Shown one piece after another: positions 57,254 through 64,000 of a DNA stretch of 64,000 bases. Every line of letters begins with the position of its first letter. Within the stretch, counting starts at the first letter, position 1. Made by a program: the position numbers and the translations under genes. The DNA lies in sequence record NC_024124.2, one strand, 5' to 3'. Below the pieces are notes generated by a model that made no database searches, was not told where the DNA came from, and saw only the letters and a list, made by a program, of their open reading frames with translations. The stretch comes from Escherichia phage vB_EcoM_JS09.

Positions 57254-57748
57254 ATGAATATCGATACTACGGCTACTTACATCCTGAAAGACGAAAAACA
57301 AATCAACTGGTACGGTGCTTCAGTGCGAGCTTATGAAAAGTTTTGTGAAATTTTAGGTGCCACTCAAGGTAATAGTTTCACTATTGTTAACTTCATCAAA
57401 CAAGCTGAAGGCCCTTGGTTATTCTTAGAAATTAAAAATTCATATGGTACAATTTCTACTACTGCCATCCCAAGCACCGACTTTGAACTGTTGATTGAAG
57501 AAGCACCTGTTAAAGATGGTCTCCACTTTGATATGGATATCGTTTGTATGTACGGTACTCTGATTAAGCCTATTGAGCCTACTGATTTATTGTGTAAATA
57601 TGTTTCAATTCGACGCCCATTCGATGGTCCAGTAAATGGATGGGTAACTGACCAGTGGATTGAAGATGGGGTTGAACTTCTGAACGTTGTTCATGCCGGT
57701 GATTTTAGTGTAGTTCCACGTAGTGCTGTGGTTAATATTCTAAATTAA
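57254..57748 (+). CDS. Hypothetical protein, member of tandem paralogue triad
   Basis: C-terminal VTDQWIEDGVELLNVVHAGDFSVVP shared with next two genes. Confidence 0.5.
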   Translation: MNIDTTATYILKDEKQINWYGASVRAYEKFCEILGATQGNSFTIVNFIKQAEGPWLFLEIKNSYGTISTTAIPSTDFELLIEEAPVKDGLHFDMDIVCMYGTLIKPIEPTDLLCKYVSIRRPFDGPVNGWVTDQWIEDGVELLNVVHAGDFSVVPRSAVVNILN

Positions 57749-57751
57749 TGT

Positions 57752-57780
57752 TGTACATCCAAGGATGGATGGAGTATAAT
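57752..57780 (+). promoter_or_regulatory. Repeated promoter cassette, CCAAGGATGGTTGGAGTATAAT family
   Basis: TGTACATCCAAGGATGGATGGAGTATAAT. Confidence 0.55.
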
Positions 57781-57810
57781 GAATTCAACTTAAACAAAGA
57801 GAGAAAAATT

Positions 57811-58266
57811 ATGATTACTATTGGTGAAATTAAGCGTGTATCAATTGCATCCCGGTCTAAAGCCGCAGGTCGTCTGGTTGAAGTTATCGGACTTCGCACA
57901 AATGGCATGGGACGTATTAAAGAAGTTAAAGTTCGAATCATTCCTAGTTTTGGACGTCAGGATACTCAGTACGCTTACGTAAGTCCTAAATTCCTGGAAA
58001 CTCGTGTGAGCGCTCCATCTGCTTCTACTGAACCTAATGTACAGTTCAAATGGGCCTTGTGTAAAGGTGTTGAATTCCAGACTGATAAAGAATTTGACTT
58101 CATCGATGAATACGGTTATCCAAGCAAAACTGATACCATGTGTGGCTTCATTAGTGACCAATGGGTCGAAGATGGTGAAAAGTTATACAATATCGTATTC
58201 TTAGGTGACTTCCGAGTTGTTAAAGAATCTGAAATCACTCGCTATGTGTCTCCTCGTAAAGCTTAA
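57811..58266 (+). CDS. Hypothetical protein, member of tandem paralogue triad
   Basis: ISDQWVEDGEKLYNIVFLGDFRVV; ATG 57811 inside ORF 57748-58266. Confidence 0.5.
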   Translation: MITIGEIKRVSIASRSKAAGRLVEVIGLRTNGMGRIKEVKVRIIPSFGRQDTQYAYVSPKFLETRVSAPSASTEPNVQFKWALCKGVEFQTDKEFDFIDEYGYPSKTDTMCGFISDQWVEDGEKLYNIVFLGDFRVVKESEITRYVSPRKA

Positions 58267-58275
58267 GGAATTATT

Positions 58276-58695
58276 ATGAATATTGTAAATCTCTCTACAG
58301 GTGATTACGTATATGTATCTGTTGCTTCTCGCTCTAAAGTTGCCGGGAAGTTGGTAGAAGTTCTTTCTGTGAGTGATCCGGTTTTTGGTCGTAACCAAGT
58401 TAAAGTTCGTGATGCTAATGGTAATATTGGCTACGTCTCAAGCCAGTTCATTGAGCCGGAAGAACGTGCGTTCAAATGGAAACTGTGCAGGTCTGTTTTA
58501 GTTGTAAAAGACCATGAATTTACTATTGCTGCTGCAACTGACGGGTCTCCATGGACAACGAATCAAGTTGCTGGTTTTATTTCGGACCAATGGGTTGAAG
58601 ATGGTGTTAAGCTTTATAACATCGTTTTCGCTGGACAGTTCATGGTAGTTCCTGAGTTCCAAATCAAAAAATATTGTCCAGCATCTTTTGCATAA
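58276..58695 (+). CDS. Hypothetical protein, member of tandem paralogue triad
   Basis: ISDQWVEDGVKLYNIVFAGQFMVV; N-terminal VSVASRSKVAGKLVEV shared with 57811 gene. Confidence 0.5.
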   Translation: MNIVNLSTGDYVYVSVASRSKVAGKLVEVLSVSDPVFGRNQVKVRDANGNIGYVSSQFIEPEERAFKWKLCRSVLVVKDHEFTIAAATDGSPWTTNQVAGFISDQWVEDGVKLYNIVFAGQFMVVPEFQIKKYCPASFA

Positions 58696-58754
58696 AGTTG
58701 TTTACTTCTCCTCCGGTTTTGATATTATAACCATATCAACCAGAGGAGAATAAT

Positions 58755-59279
58755 ATGTTAGTTTACCGCGTAGAACGTAGTTTTTGTACTCAACGTGAAT
58801 CATTACCAGGAATTGCTATCAAAGACGGTAAAGCCGTCAGAATTTGGGAAACCTCTTGGAATAAAGAACCTCGTTCGCCATACGGTTGGTCGGGCACCGA
58901 CAACTCTGAAGAAACATGGGAGTTCCTTGATAAGCATGGAATACTCTCAGGTAACTTCTACCATCACGGCGACAACTATAATGTCCCTAATCGTCCTACA
59001 GTAAATGAAGACAAACTCCTTGAACAAAATATCTTAAGATACTATAGAATTGATTACACATTTGAATTGAGTGAAGATTGGGCTCAAGGGTTCTATTTTG
59101 GATTTGAAAGTGTTGACGCGGTTTATGCATGGTTTGATGACCAGGTGGATGTTGAACTCTTGAAAGCTAAAGGATACTACATCGCGGTCTATGAAGCACC
59201 TGATTTCATCCTCGGAAGTTGTCAATTAATGTTCAGACGTTCATTGGCAGAACAAGTTGATTTTATTTTGCTAAAATGA
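58755..59279 (+). CDS. Hypothetical protein
   Basis: SD agaggag; promoter cassette upstream. Confidence 0.5.
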   Translation: MLVYRVERSFCTQRESLPGIAIKDGKAVRIWETSWNKEPRSPYGWSGTDNSEETWEFLDKHGILSGNFYHHGDNYNVPNRPTVNEDKLLEQNILRYYRIDYTFELSEDWAQGFYFGFESVDAVYAWFDDQVDVELLKAKGYYIAVYEAPDFILGSCQLMFRRSLAEQVDFILLK

Positions 59280-59336
59280 TGTACAACAACTATGGTCTAT
59301 GATACTATAGACCTATCAAAACAAGAGGAGAATATT

Positions 59337-59564
59337 ATGAAACGTCAAATCATTAAAAACGTAACTACTGATTCAAACATCGATGAGTTTGAAGATGTTC
59401 TGTTTAATCCTGATTTAGTTGTTGTACAGAAAAACTGGACTGAATTTTTATGCTACACTGAAGTGGTTTACGTTTACGAAAAACTAGGCGATGAAATGCC
59501 TATCTATGGTATCTTCCGTGAAATCACTGAAAATGGTACAACTTATTGGAAGGAAACTTACTAA
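59337..59564 (+). CDS. Hypothetical protein
   Basis: ATG 59337 after SD agaggag. Confidence 0.45.
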   Translation: MKRQIIKNVTTDSNIDEFEDVLFNPDLVVVQKNWTEFLCYTEVVYVYEKLGDEMPIYGIFREITENGTTYWKETY

Positions 59565-59974
59565 TGGCTAATAAATTCCGCGTTAACTCATGGTACCAAT
59601 TTATAGATAAACGTGCCCAAGAAGAGTTTATTAAAGACCACACTGATAATGGGATTTATGCACGACGTCTTGGCATGGAACCATTTAAAGTATTAGATGT
59701 TGACCATCTTGGTCGTCCTACTAAAATTGTGACATCTACTGGCACGGTTGGATACGCAACAGGTGGTGATATCCTTGATGAAAACTTTATCTGGCTCTCC
59801 ACGAATGAAGCAGAGTTCTTTGACGAAGTTGAAAATCCATATCAAGCGTCCGAAGAGCAAGATTCTGGTGAACTTGAAGAATTGTCTGAATTTCCTGTGA
59901 TGACGATTACTATCGAAAATAATGACCAGGCATGGTCTTTGTATCAAATGTTGAAAGCACATTTTAAGGAATAA
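59564..59974 (+). CDS. Hypothetical protein
   Basis: TAATG coupling; 136 aa. Confidence 0.45.
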   Translation: MANKFRVNSWYQFIDKRAQEEFIKDHTDNGIYARRLGMEPFKVLDVDHLGRPTKIVTSTGTVGYATGGDILDENFIWLSTNEAEFFDEVENPYQASEEQDSGELEELSEFPVMTITIENNDQAWSLYQMLKAHFKE

Positions 59975-59976
59975 TA

Positions 59977-60156
59977 ATGCCGTTATACGACTATAAATGC
60001 CAATCTGAAGATTGTGGTCATGAATATGAAAAAATTAAAAGAATTTCTGAACGAGAAAACGATGTTTGCCCTGAATGTCATCGTCTGACTACTCGTCGGG
60101 TTTCTGCTCCTAAACATGTGAACGGTGGTTTTTACGACTTACTTAAGAAGGGTTAA
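59977..60156 (+). CDS. FmdB-type zinc-ribbon small protein (59 aa)
   Basis: MPLYDYKCQSEDCGHEYE...CPECH pattern; not in track. Confidence 0.4.
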   Translation: MPLYDYKCQSEDCGHEYEKIKRISERENDVCPECHRLTTRRVSAPKHVNGGFYDLLKKG

Positions 60157-60158
60157 TT

Positions 60159-60581
60159 ATGGCTTTTAAAGGTTTTGAAGTTGGTAAGAAATATCGTATT
60201 ATCAAAGGTCAAGAAGATAATTTCTTGAGAATTCTTAATACAACTGGTAAACGTCTTAACACTACTCTGCATACAGTTTTATTATCAAGAGATTTTATTG
60301 TAGAAGAGATGATTGGTTACGGTGTTTCAATGATTGCCGCTGAAACCGATGGACCTGGGCGTACAATCATTAGTATGCAAGGTGATATTCTGCTTTATGG
60401 TGCAGAATTTAAATTCTTTGAAGAAGTTCCGGAACCAGATACAGCTGTCGATTTCAAAAAAGGCTCTATAGAATTTGTTGATGGTTCGGTGATCGTATCA
60501 GGCGATGTGGTCATTACAGTTAAAAGTGAACAAGGGCGTTTGGCTGCAATTGATGCACTTCAGAAAATTAAATTTAAATAA
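60159..60581 (+). CDS. Hypothetical protein
   Basis: 140 aa; terminator hairpin downstream. Confidence 0.5.
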   Translation: MAFKGFEVGKKYRIIKGQEDNFLRILNTTGKRLNTTLHTVLLSRDFIVEEMIGYGVSMIAAETDGPGRTIISMQGDILLYGAEFKFFEEVPEPDTAVDFKKGSIEFVDGSVIVSGDVVITVKSEQGRLAAIDALQKIKFK

Positions 60582-60598
60582 GGGCTTCGGCCCTTTTT
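60581..60598 (+). terminator. Rho-independent terminator upstream of gene 39
   Basis: GGGC-TTCG-GCCC followed by TTTTT. Confidence 0.6.
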
Positions 60599-60622
60599 GC
60601 TTTAGATTTCGGATGATAGAAT
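60598..60622 (+). promoter_or_regulatory. Middle-promoter-like element upstream of gene 39
   Basis: TGCTTTA, 12-nt spacer, TAGAAT; near-identical to the gene 47 element. Confidence 0.5.
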
Positions 60623-60644
60623 ACCTTCATAACGAGGAGACAAC

Positions 60645-62462
60645 ATGATTAAAAATGAAATTAAGGTATTGTCAGATGTAGAACATATTAAGAAACGTAG
60701 TGGCATGTATATTGGTTCTTCGGCCAAAGAAGCCCACGAGCGTTTTTTGTTTGGTAAATATCAACAAGTTGAATATGTTCCTGGTCTGGTTAAATTAATC
60801 GATGAGATTATTGACAACTCGGTTGATGAAGCTATTCGTACATCATTTAAGTTTGCAAATAAAATCGATGTGCAAATTAAAAATAATCAAGTTTCGGTGG
60901 AAGATAACGGACGTGGTATTCCTCAAGGTTTAGTTACCGACCAAACAGGTGAACAAATTCCTGGGCCTGTAGCGGCCTGGACTATTCCAAAGGCTGGTGG
61001 TAACTTTGGTGATGACTCTGAACGCAAGACTGGCGGTATGAACGGCGTCGGGAGTAGTTTAACTAATATCTTCTCTACGTTGTTTACAGGCATAACGTCA
61101 GATGGCGAAAATGAAATCACTGTTAACTGTTCAAACGGAATGGAAAACAAATCGTGGTCTTCTAAGAAATCTAAAGGTAAAGGCACTAAAGTAATCTTCA
61201 CTCCTGATTTCTCTTCATTTGAAGAGCATAATTTATCTCAAATTTATTTAGATATTACTTTAGACCGACTTCAAACATTGGCAGTCGTTTATCCTGATAT
61301 CAAGTTCACATTTAATGGTAAAAAGGTTGATGGTAATTTTAAACGATTTGCTAAACAATTTGGCGAAGATAGCATCATTCAAGAAAATGATAAAGTCTCT
61401 ATAGCATTCACAACATCACCGGACGGCTTCCGTCATTTAACTTATGTGAATAACATCCATACTAAAAATGGTGGTCATCATGTTGAATGTGTAATGGATG
61501 ATATCTGCGAACATCTTTTGCCGGGTATTAAAAAGAAATATAAGGGTATTGAAGTCACTAAAGCTCGTGTTAAAGAATGTCTCACAATGTTGATGTTTAT
61601 TAGAGACATGAGCAACATGCGTTTTGATTCTCAGACTAAAGAACGTTTAACGTCAACGTATGGCGATATTCGTAATCATATCCAATTAGATGCTAAGAAA
61701 ATTGCTCAGGCACTTCTTAAAAACGAAGCCTTGATTATGCCTATTGTTGAAGCAGCATTAGCTCGTAAATTGGCAGCAGAAAAGGCTGCAGAAACTAAAG
61801 CAGCTAAAAAGGCAACTAAAGCTAAGGTTCATAAGCATATTAAAGCTAACCAATGTGGTAAAGATGCAGATACGACATTGTTTTTAACAGAAGGTGATTC
61901 GGCAATTGGTTATCTCATTGATGTTCGTGACCGTGAACTACACGGTGGATTCCCATTACGTGGTAAGGTGATGAATAGCTGGGGTATGTCATATGCCGAT
62001 ATGATGAAGAACAAAGAGCTCTTCGATATCTGTGCTATCACAGGTCTTATTCTTGGTGAAAAGGCAGAGAATACGAACTATCGTAATATTGCAATTATGA
62101 CCGATGCCGATCATGACGGTCTTGGAAGTATCTATCCGGCTTTGCTTGCTTTCTTTAGTAATTGGCCTGAATTGTTTGAACAAGGACGTATTCGCTTTGT
62201 TAAAACGCCTGTAATTATTGCACAAATTGGCAAAACTCAAAAATGGTTTTATACTGTAGCTGAGTATGAAGAAGTTAAAGATACACTGCCTAAGCATAGT
62301 ATTCGATACATCAAGGGATTAGGCTCCCTTGAAAAGTCAGAATATCGTGAAATGATTCAGAACCCTGTGTACGACGTAGTTAAACTTCCTGAAAATTGGA
62401 AAGAACTCTTTGAAATGTTGATGGGTGATGATTCAGAACTTCGTAAAGAATGGATGTCCTAA
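60645..62462 (+). CDS. 39: Type II DNA topoisomerase large (ATPase) subunit, unsplit 39/60 form
   Basis: GHKL ATPase motifs EVIDNSVDE, GRGIP, GGMNGVG; 605 aa without interruption. Confidence 0.9.
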   Translation: MIKNEIKVLSDVEHIKKRSGMYIGSSAKEAHERFLFGKYQQVEYVPGLVKLIDEIIDNSVDEAIRTSFKFANKIDVQIKNNQVSVEDNGRGIPQGLVTDQTGEQIPGPVAAWTIPKAGGNFGDDSERKTGGMNGVGSSLTNIFSTLFTGITSDGENEITVNCSNGMENKSWSSKKSKGKGTKVIFTPDFSSFEEHNLSQIYLDITLDRLQTLAVVYPDIKFTFNGKKVDGNFKRFAKQFGEDSIIQENDKVSIAFTTSPDGFRHLTYVNNIHTKNGGHHVECVMDDICEHLLPGIKKKYKGIEVTKARVKECLTMLMFIRDMSNMRFDSQTKERLTSTYGDIRNHIQLDAKKIAQALLKNEALIMPIVEAALARKLAAEKAAETKAAKKATKAKVHKHIKANQCGKDADTTLFLTEGDSAIGYLIDVRDRELHGGFPLRGKVMNSWGMSYADMMKNKELFDICAITGLILGEKAENTNYRNIAIMTDADHDGLGSIYPALLAFFSNWPELFEQGRIRFVKTPVIIAQIGKTQKWFYTVAEYEEVKDTLPKHSIRYIKGLGSLEKSEYREMIQNPVYDVVKLPENWKELFEMLMGDDSELRKEWMS

Positions 62463-62485
62463 GCTCCTTCGGGAGCTTCATTTTA
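62462..62485 (+). terminator. Terminator-like CUUCGG hairpin after gene 39
   Basis: AGCTCC-TTCG-GGAGCT then T-rich tract. Confidence 0.5.
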
Positions 62486-62504
62486 ATTTTAATAAGGCTT
62501 AATT

Positions 62505-63605
62505 ATGAAAGTTATGTTTATCCCATCTCGTGCAGTCCCATTTAATCCTGACCGTGTACAAGGTGGTCTTGAAGCAGTACATTTAAATGTGTTGAAATAT
62601 CTTGTGTCCATCGGTGCTGATATTGATTATATCGGTTTTGATAATGACACATTTGGTGATTGGAAGGTTAATCATCATCCTGTTGGTCATCTGACTAAAT
62701 TCAGTCTAGGTATGAGTTATACTATGGCTCGTAAGATTGTTGAACTAGCCGGCATCCATGAATACGATTTTGTTGTTACTATGGAACCGACTAAACTAAC
62801 CGTTCAGGCAATTAAAGACGCAGGTCTCTCTAAAGTTCATAAGAATTTTATGGCAACACCATTTGAACCGGTATCTCGTGGCATTGTTCAAATTTGGGAC
62901 CAGACTATTCAAATTCATAAGAATGGTGGTAAGAGTTATGCTCCTACTAAAGCCTTCCGTGAATTTGAACGCAAATATTGTTATATGACTTCAGGTTTGA
63001 CTGACAAAATTGATTACGATTATTGGCGAGCAAATCCGTTGTTTGAAGCCGAAGATTATCCGGTTATTTGTTTGAATGAGAAACCTGAAGTTCTTCCGGC
63101 GACGGATCTGATTATTAGTGCACAACGTTATGACACTAAAATGCGTCGTACTGATGTTGCTCTTGAAGCGATTAAAGCACTAGGCGAAAATGGTGCAGGA
63201 TACTGTCCAAGCAAATGGGCGCCACCAGCTAAATATCCTGTTATTATTGATGCTCCACACAGTGAAATCATGGAACGTCTTAAAACAGCTAAAGCACTTA
63301 TTAATACGTGTCCTGACACAGGTACGGTAGAGAATAGTTCTATTGAAGCCATCTCTAAAGGTGTCCCTGTAATCCAGTTAGTTTTTAAGGATTATCCTCA
63401 TGCGACATTTGAATACGACCCAGATACTGTGCGTGTAGAAATTGATTCCTCTACTCCTAAGAAAGAAGTAGTTGCGCTTTACACAAAAGCTGTATTAGAA
63501 TTCACTGACACATACGAAGCTCGAGTTAAACGTGCTGAAGCAGTATGGAAGAAGTATAATCGAGATGCAGTTGTTGCGATGTGGGATAAAATCTTCACAG
63601 CGTAA
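62505..63605 (+). CDS. GT-B-fold glycosyltransferase-like protein (candidate DNA sugar transferase)
   Basis: N-terminal MKVMFIPS...GGLEAV and C-terminal TVENSSIEAISKGVPVIQL resemble GT-B donor-binding motifs; lies where T4 carries gene 60/mobA. Confidence 0.55.
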   Translation: MKVMFIPSRAVPFNPDRVQGGLEAVHLNVLKYLVSIGADIDYIGFDNDTFGDWKVNHHPVGHLTKFSLGMSYTMARKIVELAGIHEYDFVVTMEPTKLTVQAIKDAGLSKVHKNFMATPFEPVSRGIVQIWDQTIQIHKNGGKSYAPTKAFREFERKYCYMTSGLTDKIDYDYWRANPLFEAEDYPVICLNEKPEVLPATDLIISAQRYDTKMRRTDVALEAIKALGENGAGYCPSKWAPPAKYPVIIDAPHSEIMERLKTAKALINTCPDTGTVENSSIEAISKGVPVIQLVFKDYPHATFEYDPDTVRVEIDSSTPKKEVVALYTKAVLEFTDTYEARVKRAEAVWKKYNRDAVVAMWDKIFTA

Positions 63606-63697
63606 ATCCTGAATAGCCTGAGGCACTATTACACATAAGATGATAGATTATATAGTCTTTAGTAATAGTGCCCTAGGAATCTACTGAAGAGAATATT

Positions 63698-63898
63698 ATG
63701 AGAACATATAACGTGGACTTGGAACTTTTTGATAAAGCTGTACTCCGGGAATTCCGGCTTATCCAAAGATTTTTTGATATCGAATCAGCAGAGTCCTTTA
63801 AAGAACGCTTTAAAGAAATTCGATATAAAATACAAACCGATACAGCTACTAAAGAAGAACTTCTTGAAGTAGCAGAAATTTTTAAACGTAACTTGTGA
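63698..63898 (+). CDS. Small hypothetical protein (rIIA.1 position)
   Basis: 66 aa, SD gaga; AT-rich third codon positions. Confidence 0.45.
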   Translation: MRTYNVDLELFDKAVLREFRLIQRFFDIESAESFKERFKEIRYKIQTDTATKEELLEVAEIFKRNL

Positions 63899-64000
63899 TG
63901 AGAGAAAAATCCAGTCAAGTCCTTTACGAGTACCAACAAAGTTTGAACGACGAGTATTACCGAATGCTCCTGCATCGCCATGTTCACCAAAACCGCCAGC

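Noticed and set aside
63673-63990. 105-aa minus-strand ORF with TTG start at window end
   Set aside because: GC-rich third positions and junk-like composition; a different minus frame looks more gene-like (see finding)
1-64000. tRNA genes, rRNA genes, CRISPR arrays, integrase or transposase
   Set aside because: No cloverleaf-like GC-rich ~75-nt segments, no direct-repeat/spacer arrays, no recombinase motifs; the T4 tRNA cluster lies beyond gene e, outside this window

Overview
The window is a T-even (T4-like, Tevenvirinae) phage segment, co-linear with the T4 early/middle region from lysozyme e to topoisomerase gene 39 but reverse-complemented relative to the T4 reference, so almost every gene is on the + strand. 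All calls rest on reading the supplied ORF translations against recalled T4 protein sequences and motifs; no database search was run. Recognised genes, in order: e, denV, regB, tk, rI, nrdC, 49, nrdD (no intron), nrdG, 55, 47, 46, 45, 44, 62, regA, 43, 42, uvsX, 41, 61, 56, soc, modB/modA-like, dda, dexA and an unsplit 605-aa gene 39. The main finding is a cassette between genes 43 and 42 (35731-39992) that T4 does not have: a SIS-domain arabinose-5-phosphate-isomerase-like protein, a nucleotidyltransferase-kinase fusion, a HAD phosphatase and a U32-family Fe-S protein. Together with the absence of alpha-gt and beta-gt genes at their T4 positions and a GT-B-like glycosyltransferase after gene 39, this points to a non-glucose (possibly arabinosyl-hmC-type) DNA hypermodification pathway. 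The U32 enzyme has no role I can assign and is the most novel element. Other points of interest are dense promoter/stem-loop (PeSL-like) cassettes, several paralogue families, an ADP-ribosylation toolkit (ModA/ModB-like, macrodomain, mini ART fold), a duplicated denV remnant and one opposite-strand membrane ORF. No tRNA, rRNA, CRISPR array or clear homing endonuclease was seen.
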